Positions 48,801 through 62,176 of a DNA stretch of 64,000 bases are shown here, piece by piece. Within the stretch, counting starts at the first letter, position 1. Each line of letters opens with the position of its first letter. The DNA lies in contig OZ024741.1 in the NCBI GenBank assembly GCA_964016885.1, positions 411,928,001 through 411,992,000 of the forward strand, in the 5' to 3' direction. The notes beneath the pieces were generated by a model, which saw nothing but the letters and a program-made list of their open reading frames with translations, was not told where the DNA came from and did no database searches. The DNA is from Eledone cirrhosa (lineage: Eukaryota). The position numbers were made by a program, and so were the translations under genes.

Positions 48801-51800
48801 ATGGTGGAAGGCAGTCTATGGCAGACAATAGCACCATTGACCAGTTGATATCAATGGTGGAAGGCAGTCTATGGCAGACAATAGCACAATTGACTAGTTG
48901 ATATCAATGGTGGAAGCCAGTCTATGGCAGACAATAGCCCCATTGACCAGTTGATATCAATGGTGGAAGCCAGTCTATGGCAGACAATAGCCCCATTGAC
49001 CAGTTGATATCAATGGTGGAAGCCAGTCTATGGCAGACAATAGCACCATTGACCAGTTGATATCAATGGTGGAAGCCAGTCTATGGCAGACAATAGCACC
49101 ATTGACCAGTTGATATCAATGGTGGAAGCCAGTCTATGGCAGACAATAGCACCATTGACCAGTTGATATCAATGGTGGAAGCCAGTCTATGGCAGACAAT
49201 AGCACCATTGACCAGTTGATATCAATGGTGGAAGCCAGTCTATGGCAGACAATAGCACCATTGACCAGTTGATATCAATGGTGGAAGGCAGTCTATGGCA
49301 GACAATAGCACCATTGACCAGTTGATATCAATGGTGGAAGGCAGTCTATGGCAGACAATAGCACCATTGACCAGTTGATATCAATGGTGGAAGCCAGTCT
49401 ATGGCAGACAATAGCACCATTGACCAGTTGATATCAATGGTGGAAGCCAGTCTATGGCAGACAATAGCACCATTGACCAGTTGATATCAATGGTGGAAGG
49501 CAGTCTATGGCAGACAATAGCACCACTGACCAGTTGATATCAATGGTGGAAGGCAGTCTATGGCAGACAATAGCACCATTGACCAGTTGATATCAATGGT
49601 GGAAGCCAGTCTATGGCGGACAATAGCACCATTGACCAGTTGATATCAATGGTGGAAGGCAGTCTATGGCAGACAATAGCACCATTGACCAGTTGATATC
49701 AATGGTAGAAGGCAGTCTATGGCAGACAATAGCACCATTGACCAGTTGATATCAATGGTGGAAGGCAGCCTATGGCAGACAATAGCACCATTGACTAGTT
49801 GATATCAATGGTGGAAGCCAGTCTATGGCAGACAATAGCACCATTGACCAGTTGATATCAATGGTGGAAGGCAGTCTAAGGCAGACAATAGCACCATTGA
49901 CCAGTTGATATCAATGGTGGAAGGCAGTCTATGGCAGACAATAGCACCATTGACCAGTTGATATCAATGGTGGAAGCCAGTCTATGGCAGACAATAGCAC
50001 CATTGACCAGTTGATATCAATGGTGGAAGGCAGTCTAAGGCAGACAATAGCACCATTGACCAGTTGATATCAATGGTGGAAGGCAGTCTATGGCAGACAA
50101 TAGCACCATTGACCAGTTGATATCAATGGTGGAAGCCAGTCTATGGCAGACAATAGCACCATTGACCAGTTGATATCAATGGTGGAAGGCAGTCTATGGC
50201 AGACAATAGCACCATTGACCAGTTGATATCAATGGTGGAAGGCAGTCTATGGCAGACAATAGCACCATTGACCAGTTGATATCAATGGTGGAAGGCAGTC
50301 TATGGCAGACAATAGCACCATTGACCAGTTGATATCAATGGTGGAAGGCAGTCTATGGCAGACAATAGCACCATTGACCAGTTGATATCAATGGTGGAAG
50401 GCAGTCTATGGCAGACAATAGCACCATTGACCAGTTGATATCAATGGTGGAAGGCAGTCTATGGCAGACAATAGCACCATTGACCAGTTGATATCAATGG
50501 TGGAAGCCAGTCTATGGCAGACAATAGCACCATTGACCAGTTGATATCAATGGTGGAAAGCACTCTATGGCAGACAATAGCACCATTGACCAGATGATAT
50601 CAATGGTGGAAGGCAGTCTATGTCTGACAATAGCACCATTGACCAGTTGATATCAATGGTGGAAGGCAGTCTATGGCAGACAATAGCACCATTGACCAGT
50701 TGTTAACAATAGTGGAAGCCAGTCTATGGCGGACAATAGCACCATTGACCAGTTGATATCAATGGTGGAAGGCAGTCTATGGCAGACAATAGCACCATTG
50801 ACCAGTTGATATCAATGGTGGAAGGCAGTCTATGGCAGACAATAGCACAATTGACTAGTTGATATCAATGGTGGAAGCCAGTCTATGGCAGACAATAGCC
50901 CCATTGACCAGTTGATATCAATGGTGGAAGCCAGTCTATGGCAGACAATAGCCCCATTGACCAGTTGATATCAATGGTGGAAGCCAGTCTATGGCAGACA
51001 ATAGCACCATTGACCAGTTGATATCAATGGTGGAAGGCAGTCTATGGCAGACAATAGCACCATTGACCAGTTGATATCAATGGTGGAAGCCAGTCTATGG
51101 CAGACAATAGCACCATTGACCAGTTGATATCAATGGTGGAAGCCAGTCTATGGCAGACAATAGCACCATTGACCAGTTGATATCAATGGTGGAAGACAGT
51201 CTATGGCAGACAATAGCACCATTGACCAGTTGATATCAATGGTGGAAGCCAGTCTATGGCAGACAATAGCACCATTGACCAGTTGATATCAATTGTGGAA
51301 GCCAGTCTATGGCAGACAATAGCACCATTGACCAGTTGATATCAATGGTGGAAGCCAGTCTATGGCAGACAATAGCACTATTGACCAGTTGATATCAATG
51401 GTGGAAGACAGTCTATGGCAGACAATAGCACCATTGACCAGTTGTTATCAATGGTGGAAGCCAGTCTATGGCAGACAATAGCACCATTGACCAGTTGATA
51501 TCAATGGTGGAAGGCAGTCTATGGCAGACAATAGCACCATTGACCAGTTGATATCAATGGTAGAAGGCAGTCTATGGCAGACAATAGCACCATTGACCAG
51601 TTGATATCAATGGTGGAAGCCTGTCTATGGCAGACAATAGCACCATTGACCAGTTGATATCAATGGTGGAAGCCAGTCTATGGCAGACAATAGCACTATT
51701 GACCAGTTGATATCAATGGTGGAAGACAGTCTATGGCAGACAATAGCACCATTGACCAGTTGATATCAATGGTGAAAGACAGTCTATGGCAGACAATAGC

Positions 51801-54800
51801 ACCATTGACCAGTTGATATCAATGGTGGAAGCCAGTCTATGGCAGACAATAGCACCATTGACCAGTTGATATCAATGGTGGAAGCCAGTCTATGGCAGAC
51901 AATAGCACCATTGACCAGTTGATATCAATGGTGGAAGCCAGTCTATGGCAGACAATAGCACCATTGACCAGTTGATATCAATGGTGGAAGGCAGGCTATG
52001 GCAGACAATAGCACCATTGACCAGTTGATATCAATGGTGGAAGGCAGTCTATGGCAGACAATAGCACCATTGACCAGTTGATATCAATGGTGGAAGCCAG
52101 TCTATGGCAGACAATAGCACCATTGACCAGTTGATATCAATGGTGGAAGCCAGTCTATGGCAGACAATAGCACCATTGACCAGTTGATATCAATGGTGGA
52201 AGGCAGTCTATGGCAGACAATAGCACCACTGACCAGTTGATATCAATGGTGGAAGGCAGTCTATGGCAGACAATAGCACCATTGACCAGTTGATATCAAT
52301 GGTGGAAGCCAGTCTATGGCGGACAATAGCACCATTGACCAGTTGATATCAATGGTGGAAGGCAGTCTATGGCAGACAATAGCACCATTGACCAGTTGAT
52401 ATCAATGGTGGAAGCCAGTCTATGGCAGACAATAGCACCATTGACCAGTTGATATCAATGGTGGAAGGCAGTCTATGGCAGACAATAGCACCATTGACCA
52501 GTTAATATCAATGGTGGAACCCAGTCTATGGCAGACAATAGCACCATTGACCAGTTGATATCAATGGTGGAAGGCAGTCTATGGCAGACAATAGCACCAT
52601 TGACCAGTTGATATCAATTGGGGAAGGCAGTCTATGGCAGACAATAGCACCATTGACCAGTTGATATAAATGGTGGAAGCCAGTCTATGGCAGACAATAG
52701 CACCATTGACCAGTTGATATCAATGGTGGAAGCCAGTCTATGGCGGACAATAGCACCATTGACCAGTTGATATCAATGGTGGAAGGCAGTCTATGGCAGA
52801 CAATAGCACCATTGACCAGTTGATATCAATGGTGGAAGCCAGTCTATGGCAGACAATAGCACCATTGACCAGTTGATATCAATGGTGGAAGGCAGTCTAT
52901 GGCAGACAATAGCACCATTGACCAGTTGATATTAATGGTGGAAGCCAGTCTATGGCAGACAATAGCACCATTGACCAGTTGATATCAATGGTGGAAGGCA
53001 GTCTATGGCAGACAATAGCACCATTGACCAGTTGATATCAATGGTGGAAGGCAGTCTATGGCAGACAATAGCACCATTGACCAGTTGATATCAATGGTGG
53101 AAGCCAGTCCATGGCGGACAATAGCACCATTGACCAGTTGATATCAATGGTGGAAGCCAGTCTATGGCAGACAATAGCACCATTGACCAGTTGATATCAA
53201 TGGTGGAAGGTAGTCTATGGCAGACAATAGCACCATTGACCAGTTGATATCAATGGTGGAAGCCAGTCTATGGCGGACAATAGCACCATTGACCAGTTGA
53301 TATCAATGGTGGAAGGCAGTCTATGGCAGACAATAGCACCATTGACCAGTTGATATCAATGGTGGAAGGCAGTCTATGGCAGACAATAGCACCATTGACC
53401 AGTTGATATCAATGGTGGAAGGCAGTCTATGGCAGACAATAGCACCATTGACCAGTTGATATCAATTGTGGAAGCCAGTCTATGGCAGACAATAGCACCA
53501 TTGACCAGTTGATATCAATGGTGGAAGCCAGTCTATGGCAGACAATAGCACTATTGACCAGTTGATATCAATGGTGGAAGACAGTCTATGGCAGACAATA
53601 GCACCATTGACGAGTTGTTATCAATGGTGGAAGCCAGTCTATGGCAGACAATAGCACCATTGACCAGTTGATATCAATGGTGGAAGGCAGTCTATGGCAG
53701 ACAATAGCACCATTGACCAGTTGATATCAATGGTAGAAGGCAGTCTATGGCAGACAATAGCACCATTGACCAGTTGATATCAATGGTGGAAGCCAGTCTA
53801 TGGCAGACAATAGCACTATTGACCAGTTGATATCAATGGTGGAAGACAGTCTATGGCAGACAATAGCACCATTGACCAGTTGTTATCAATGGTGGAAGCC
53901 AGTCTATGGCAGACAATAGCACCATTGACCAGTTGATATCAATGGTGGAAGGCAGTCTATGGCAGACAATAGCACCATTCGCCAGTTGATATCAATGGTA
54001 GAAGGCAGTCTATGGCAGACAATAGCACCATTGACCAGTTGATATCAATGGTGGAAGCCTGTCTATGGCAGACAATAGCACCATTGACCAGTTGATATCA
54101 ATGGTGGAAGCCAGTCTATGGCAGACAATAGCACTATTGACCAGTTGATATCAATGGTGGAAGACAGTCTATGGCAGACAATAGCACCATTGACCAGTTG
54201 ATATCAATGGTGAAAGACAGTCTATGGCAGACAATAGCACCATTGACCAGTTGATATCAATGGTGGAAGCCAGTCTATGGCAGACAATAGCACCATTGAC
54301 CAGTTGATATCAATGGTGGAAGCCAGTCTATGGCAGACAATAGCACCATTGACCAGTTGATATCAATGGTGGAAGCCAGTCTATGGCAGACAATAGCACC
54401 ATTGACCAGTTGATATCAATGGTCGAAGGCAGGCTATGGCAGACAATAGCACCATTGACCAGTTGATATCAATGGTGGAAGGCAGTCTATGGCAGACAAT
54501 AGCACCATTGACCAGTTGATATCAATGGTGGAAGCCAGTCTATGGCAGACAATAGCACCATTGACCAGTTGATATCAATGGTGGAAGCCAGTCTATGGCA
54601 GACAATAGCACCATTGACCAGTTGATATCAATGGTGGAAGGCAGTCTATGGCAGACAATAGCACCATTGACCAGTTGATATCAATGGTGGAAGGCAGTCT
54701 ATGGCAGACAATAGCACCATTGACCAGTTGATATCAATGGTGGAAGCCAGTCTATGGCGGACAATAGCACCATTGACCAGTTGATATCAATGGTGGAAGC

Positions 54801-57800
54801 CAGTCTATGGCAGACAATAGCACCATTGACCAGTTGATATCAATGGTGGAAGGTAGTCTATGGCAGACAATAGCACCATTGACCAGTTGATATCAATGGT
54901 GGAAGCCAGTCTATGGCGGACAATAGCACCATTGACCAGTTGATATCAATGGTGGAAGGCAGTCTATGGCAGACAATAGCACCATTGACCAGTTGATATC
55001 AATGGTGGAAGGCAGTCTATGGCAGACAATAGCACCATTGACCAGTTGATATCAATGGTGGAAGGCAGTCTATGGCAGACAATAGCACCATTGACCAGTT
55101 GATATCAATGGTGGAAGGCAGTCTATGGCAGACAATAGCACCATTGACCAGTTGATATCAATGGTGGAAGCCAGTCTATGGCGGACAATAGCACCATTGA
55201 CCAGTTGATATCAATGGTGGAAGGCAGTCTATGGCAGACAATAGCACCATTGACCAGTTGATATCAATGGTGGAAGCCAGTCTATGGCAGACAATAGCAC
55301 CATTGACCAGTTGATATCAATGGTGGAAGGCAGTCTATGGCAGACAATAGCACCATTGACCAGTTGATATCAATGGTGGAAGCCAGTCTATTGCGGACAA
55401 TAGCACCATTGACCAGTTGATATCAATGGTGGAAGGCAGTCTATGGCAGACAATAGGACCATTGACCAGTTGATAACAATGGTGGAAGCCAGTCTATGGC
55501 GGACAATAGCACCATTGACCAGTTAATATCAATGGTGGAAGCCAGTCTATGGCAGACAATAGCACCATTGACCAGTTGATATCAATGGTGGAAGGCAGTG
55601 TATGGCAGACAATAGCACCATTGACCAGTTGATATCAATGGTGGAAGCCAGTCTATGGCAGACAATAGCACCATTGACCAGTTGATATCAATGGTGGAAG
55701 GCAGTCTATGGCAGACAATAGCACCATTGACCAGTTAATATCAATGGTGGAAGCCAGTCTATGGCAGACAATAGCACCATTGACCAGTTGATATCAATGG
55801 TGGAAGGCAGTCTATGGCAGACAATAGCACCATTGACCAGTTGATATCAATGGTGGAAGGCAGTCTATGGCAGACAATAGCACCATTGACCAGTTGATAT
55901 CAATGGTGGAAGGCAGGCTATGGCAGACAATAGCACCATTGACCAGTTGATATCAATGGTGGAAGGCAGTCTATGGCAGACAATAGCACCATTGACCAGT
56001 TGATATCAATGGTGGAAGCCAGTCTATGGCGGACAATAGCACCATTGACCAGTTGATATCAATGGTGGAAGGCAGTCTATGGCAGACAATAGCACCATTG
56101 ACCAGTTGATATCAATGGTGGAAGCCAGTCTATGGCGGACAATAGCACCATTGACCAGTTGATATCAATGGTGGAAGGCAGTCTATGGCGGACAATAGCA
56201 CCATTGACCAGTTGATATCAATGGTGGAAGCCAGTCTACGGCAGACAATAGCACCATTGACCAGTTGATATCAATGGTGGAAGGCAGTCTATGGCAGACA
56301 ATAGCACCATTGACCAGTTGATATCAATGGTGGAAGCCAGTCTATGGCAGACAATAGCACCATTGACCAGTTGATATCAATGGTGGAAGGCAGTCTATGG
56401 CAGACAATAGCACCATTGACCAGATGATATCAATTGTGGAAGCCAGTCTATGGCAGACAATAGCACCATTGACCAGTTGATATCAATGGTGGAAGGCAGT
56501 CTATGGCAGACAATAGCACCATTGACCAGTTGATATCAATGGTGGAAGGCAGTCTATGGCAGACAATAGCACCATTGACCAGTTGATATCAATGGTGGAA
56601 GGCAGTCTATGGCAGACAATAGCACCATTGACCAGTTGATATCAATGGTGGAAGGCAGTCTATGGCAGACAATAGCACCATTGACCAGTTGATATCAATG
56701 GTGGAAGCCAGTCTATGGCGGACAATAGCACCATTGACCAGTTGATATCAATCGTGGAAGGTAGTCTATGGCAGACAATAGCACCATTGACCAGTTGATA
56801 TCAATGGTGGAAGGCAGTCTATGGCAGACAATAGCACCATTGACCAGTTGATATCAATGGTGGAAGCCAGTCTATGGCAGACAATAGCACCATTGACCAG
56901 TTGATATCAATGGTGGAATGCAGTCTATGGCAGACAATAGCACCATTGACCAGTTGATATCAATGGTGGAAGGCAGTCTATGGCAGACAATAGCACCATT
57001 GACCAGTTGATATCAATGGTGGAAGGCACTCTATGGCAGACAATAGCACCATTGACCAGTTGATATCAATGGTGGAAGGCAGTCTATGGCAGACAATAGC
57101 ACCATTGACCAGTTGATATCAATGGTGGAAGCCAGTCTATGGCGGACAATAGCACCATTGACCAGTTGATATCAATGGTGGAAGCCAGTCTATGGCGGAC
57201 AATAGCACCATTGACCAGTTGATATCAATGGTGGAAGGCAGTCTATGGCAGACAATAGCACCATTGACCAGTTGATATCAATGGTGGAAGCCAGTCTATG
57301 GCAGACAATAGCACCATTGACCAGTTGATATCAATGGTGGAAGGCAGTCTATGGCAGACAATAGCACCATTGACCAGTTGATATCAATGGTGGAAGCCAG
57401 TATATGGCAGACAATAGCACCATTGACCAGTTGATATCAATGGTGGAAGGCAGTCTATGGCAGACAATAGCACTATTGACCAGTTGATATCAATGGTGGA
57501 AGCCAGTCTATGGCAGACAATAGCACCATTGACCAGTTGATATCAATGGTGGAAGGCAGTCTATGGCAGACAATAGCACCATTGACCAGTTGATATCAAT
57601 GGTGGAAGGCAGTCTATGGCAGACAATAGCACCATTGACCAGTTGATATCAATGGTGGAAGCCAGTCTATGGCAGACAATAGCACCATTGACCAGTTGAT
57701 ATCAATGGTGGAAGCCAGTCTATGGCAGACAATAGCACCATTGACCAGTTGATATCAATGGTGGAAGCCAGTCTATGGTAGACAATAGCACCATTGACCA

Positions 57801-58130
57801 GTTGATATCAATGGTGGAAGGCAGTCTATGGCAGACAATAGCACCATTGACCAGTTGATATCAATGGTGGAAGGCAGTCTATGGCAGACAATAGCACCAT
57901 TGACCAGTTGATATCAATGGTGGAAGCCAGTCTATGGCAGACAATAGCACCATTGACCAGTTGATATCAATGGTGGAAGCCAGTCTATGGCAGACAATAG
58001 CACCATTGACCAGTTGATATCAATGGTGGAAGGCAGTCTATGGCAGACAATAGCACCATTGACCAGTTGATATCAATGGTGGAAGCCAGTCTATGGCAGA
58101 CAATAGCACCATTGACCAGTTGATATCAAT
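42860..58130. repeat. 53-bp satellite array, about 15.3 kb and 288 units, with an internal stem-loop
   Basis: Unit TCAATGGTGGAAG(C/G)CAGTCTATGGCAGACAATAGCACCATTGACCAGTTGATA, starting at 42861, 42914 and onward. Confidence 0.98.
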
Positions 58131-58177
58131 ACTTTCTTAGACGGAAACAAAAATATCTCATTCACTTTACCAGATTC

Positions 58178-58178
58178 A

Positions 58179-58271
<93 letters not shown>

Positions 58272-58285
58272 TCCCTCTCTCTCTA

Positions 58286-58337
<52 letters not shown>

Positions 58338-58381
58338 TATTTATATTTACATACACACACACACACACATATATATGTATG

Positions 58382-58415
<34 letters not shown>

Positions 58416-58568
58416 GTAAAAAATTGAATGGGAACAAAATAGAGGCAGTACGAACAAAGGTTTATTAGTTTCACGCTCTTGAGAGTGGGGTGGATATATA
58501 TATATATGTGTGTGTGTATGTAAATATATATATATATATATATTTACATACACTCACACATATATATG

Positions 58569-58601
<33 letters not shown>

Positions 58602-58610
58602 GTATATATA
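58178..58610. repeat. (GTCT)n, (CT)n and (TA)n microsatellites
   Basis: Read directly. Confidence 0.9.
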
Positions 58611-58814
58611 ACGAAGGAAATGTGTTAAGGAACCAGGTGGACCATATCGCACCAAAGTACTCAATACTTAGGGTAGTAGAGTGGGTAATAGGAAAAAGTA
58701 GGACCCCGACGGATGACCTCAAGCCGTTTCGCTGGCTAATTCTGGACGAGAATTAGAGTCCAGAATTAGCCGTCGAAACGGCTTGAGCTCAGCCGTCGGG
58801 GTCCTACTCGTTCC

Positions 58815-58815
<1 letters not shown>
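58610..58815. mobile_element. Palindromic pLTR-like fragment with a hammerhead 3' half on both arms
   Basis: TAGGACCCCGACGG...CTGGAC / GTCCAG...GAAACGGC..GCCGTCGGGGTCCTA inverted arms at 58698-58807. Confidence 0.7.
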
Positions 58816-58860
<45 letters not shown>

Positions 58861-58920
58861 TGCAATCAAACAAATACATATATATATATATATACATATT
58901 CACACACTCACGCACATATG

Positions 58921-58949
<29 letters not shown>

Positions 58950-58951
<2 letters not shown>

Positions 58952-60055
58952 CATCATCATCATCATGGTTTAACGTCCATATTCCACGCTTGCATGGGTT
59001 TGGACGGGAGTTTTCCCACTTGAGGCAAGAGTGGCTGTCTTGCTCGTATAGAACTGTCTGGCGGGTTTTCTACGGCTGGATGTCCTTCCTAACACCAACC
59101 ACATTTACAGTGTGGACTGGGAGGTTTTTACCGTGTTACCTACATGGCCACATTACAGCGTGGACTGTGTGTTTTTTGTCATGACACCTACACGACCTCA
59201 TTTGTTTCGGGCTGGATGTTGTGGTACCAACATAACTTTACATTGAAAGGGGTGGTGTGGATGGGGTGGGGGTAGTGGGACGGGGTGTATTTTGTTAGAG
59301 TTGCCTACTGACTGTAGTAGGTTTCACTTTGCACTTAGGTAAGGCGGGTCTTCTCTATTACTGTGTAGCGCCAAAGTTCTCGGTCCAGTGACATTGTCTT
59401 GGAGAAGTGTGTGAGGGCGGAATTTATCAAGTCGTCCCAGGTTTTTCTGGGTCTGCCTACTCCGCGGCTACCGTCTATTTTTATTGCCCTGCACTTTTTT
59501 ATACAGCTGTCGTCTTTCATGCGCATCACATGACCATACCAACGTAGTCTTCTCTCGAGTAAACAACATCTGATCCCTCTTATTCCTAATTTCTCCCTTA
59601 GTTCGTTTATGCTTTGCCGTTCACGTATATTACTATTACACATCCAGCGGAGCATGCAAGCTTCGTTTCTCTCCAGTCTGCGTATATCCTCTGCACACAA
59701 TGCCCAGGTCTCACTGCCATGTAACATTGCTGTTCGTATGCAGGCATCATACAGCCTGCCTTTTATTTTTAGAGAGAAACCTTTAGCGGCCAATAGTGGT
59801 ATAAACTCTCTGAACTTTTTCCATCCCATTCTGACTCTAGCTACTGTACTTTCAGAGCACCCTCCCCCACTGCTGATTTTGTCACCCAGGTAACGGAAGC
59901 TGTCCACTATTTCTATAGAACCATCTGTGCAATGGAATGAGTTAGTATTCTGTGGGCACTTGCTGCTACTTATTGCACCAGAGCACCGGCCACATATAAA
60001 ATGTATATTCTTAGTTAGCTTACCTGTGATCCCACTACATCTTCTATGTACCCAT
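58950..60055 (-). mobile_element. RTE LINE 3' fragment
   Basis: 190-aa ORF DSFRYLG...RLRWYGHVMR with a (CAT)n tail at 58950 and (TA)n flanks. Confidence 0.92.
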
Positions 60056-60112
60056 AATATATATATATATATACTTCGTTTTTATATTTCTTTTGTAAGA
60101 TTCCTTCTCTGA

Positions 60113-61075
60113 AAACGTGTGTTGAAACAGATATAGTTATACTTTGGGAGGGTCATGTTGCCAATAAAAACACACGCACCTGTTGGTTTTCACCTCAATT
60201 TATTGTAAATTTCCGGTTGGTTGGTTTGATAACTGGAAGGTTGTCAAAGCTCTTTCGTCACATACCCTGTGACCTCCTCAGTGACTAGGTTTTTATTTTG
60301 TATCTCTCCTTTGTTCTGTCCTACACCATCTTGTGTGTTGTGTGTTGTGTGCTTAGTTTGCACATGCGTTACATCCGGGTGTGTGTGTGTGTTTTTATTT
60401 ATTTATTTATGTGTTTATTTATATGTCACTAATTGGTTGTTTGTTCTATCTGTGTGCGTCTGTTTTGTTTTGTTAGTTTGGTTTTTGTGTGTGTCTGTAT
60501 GTCTTCATTTTGTCCTTAATTATTAGTTGTGATGTTGCTACTCCACTCATGTTTTCTGTTTAATTTTGGTTGGAGTTTATGTTTGTTGCCTCTGTGATTT
60601 GTCTGAGCATTGTATCTTTTCTGTGTGTGGATATCATTTTTATCTCTTTTTATTTCTAACGTGCCCCTATGTTCTACTTTTGCATGTTGGTGGAGTACTG
60701 ATGAGTTTTTCCCATCCTATAGTTCTCGTCAGTGTTCACTTACCCTTTCTCCTATGCTACGGGTTGTTTCACCTATGTATGTTATATTCTTATTGCTACA
60801 CTATCCCTCAGTACATCTTATGCTATATACTATGTTCCTAGTTTTGCAGGTAGTTTGTAGGGTTAGCTTGCAGACTATGCATTTCCTATCACTACAGGGG
60901 GATTTTTTAAATGAGTATGTTTTCCTAATTAGGGTTTTTATGGGAATATCTGGTCTTTCAACTATCTTAATACTTAATTTGAGCTCGTCTAGAGCCCTTC
61001 TAAATCTGTAAGCTAGTTCACCTCTAAGGCTTGTATTGATGAACATTACACTCTGGTATTTATTGCTATCATACC
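60113..61075 (-). mobile_element. 5'-truncated Penelope-like element: GIY-YIG endonuclease remnant plus pLTR
   Basis: C..CIVC...CKTRNIVYSIRC continues past a stop as ITYIGETTRSIGERVSEH (manual translation of about 60735-60790). A hammerhead lies in the downstream non-coding part. Confidence 0.85.
60243..60285 (-). ncRNA. Minimal type I hammerhead in the Penelope pLTR
   Basis: GTCA-CTGAGGA-G-GTCAC.AGGGTAT.GTGAC-GAAAG-AG-CTT-TGAC. Confidence 0.75.
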
Positions 61076-61081
61076 ATGAGT

Positions 61082-61242
61082 TTATTTTAACATGATATTG
61101 CAGGGTTGGACCCTCTTTTCAAATGTGGGGCTGAAACGGTTCATAACGAAATGAATTGATTGATGTGTTCTTTTTTGTTTTAAACTGTTTCAGTTCCACA
61201 TTTGAAAAGAGGGTAACAACCCTGAAATATCATGTTGAAATA
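61082..61242. repeat. About 60-bp imperfect inverted repeat with a decayed hammerhead-like motif
   Basis: 61082-61140 pairs with 61182-61242. ACAT-TTGAAAA-G-AGGG.TAACAA.CCCT-GAAAT-ATC-ATGT. Confidence 0.55.
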
Positions 61243-61394
61243 ATCATGGTGACTGCAGAGGATATGAGAGAAATGAAGCAACCATGCTCCATTGGATGTA
61301 CAATGTAAGTGTAAGAGAAAGACAGAGGTTGGACGAGTTGAGGGATAAACTGGGTTTAAGAGGAATCTGAGGTGGTGTGTGGGAGAGAAGATAA

Positions 61395-61565
61395 TGAAGA
61401 TAATTGTTTCTATTTTAGGCATAAGGCCAGCAATTACCCAGTACATTACTGGTACTTTATTTTATCGACCCCGTAAGGATGAAAGGTAAAGTCAACCTCG
61501 GTGGGATTTGAACTCAGATCATAAAGGGACGTAACTCTATGCTTCAAAGCATAGTGTCTGACTGA
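61395..61565 (-). mobile_element. tRNA-derived SINE (5' truncated)
   Basis: Reverse complement is homologous to 9115-9282. Confidence 0.8.
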
Positions 61566-62176
61566 TATTTGAACATTGCAATATATAACGATGGTTGTTT
61601 AACAGCAACAGGATATGGTTTGGTGGGTATATGTTTTATTCTTTCTGGTCACGGCTGGCTGAATATGTTGCTTAGCAATACTTCTAATTATAAATATGGC
61701 TACAAAGAAGAAATTGCTATGCAGCACCCACTCGAATTGCAAGAAACAGCAGCCAAATAGTCCTCAAATCCTACCCAAATTTTCTTCTACCACTAAGACC
61801 TCCAATGTCCCTTGTTCAGTCCCCAGACATTTGTTGTCCACTGGGGCCCACATGTCCTCGGCCCCTGGATTGCTGTGTTCCTCCACCACTGGGACCTCTC
61901 AAAGTCCTCACATCAGAGGAAAATAAACCCATGAGGTGGCATGGCTGATGTAGTGGGTGACGCTGGCTGTTGCCTACAAGACGCAACTGAGATGTTCTGT
62001 CCAGCCTCAGGCATAGAGTTTTCTCCTTCTCTCAATTTCTCCCTCTCCTCATTTGTTTTGCCCCGACAGTTTATTTTAAAAAGGGACACATTGCATAAGG
62101 GAGTCCAGGTGGCAGGAGCATGTTTTACTATAGGTCTGCATAGCCAGGACAGAACAGGAGTTAAACAACATTTCTT

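Noticed and set aside
42860-58130. CRISPR-like array suggested by a hairpin repeat
   Set aside because: There are no unique spacers and no cas genes, the context is eukaryotic, and it is a head-to-tail satellite. I also found no ribozyme core in the unit.
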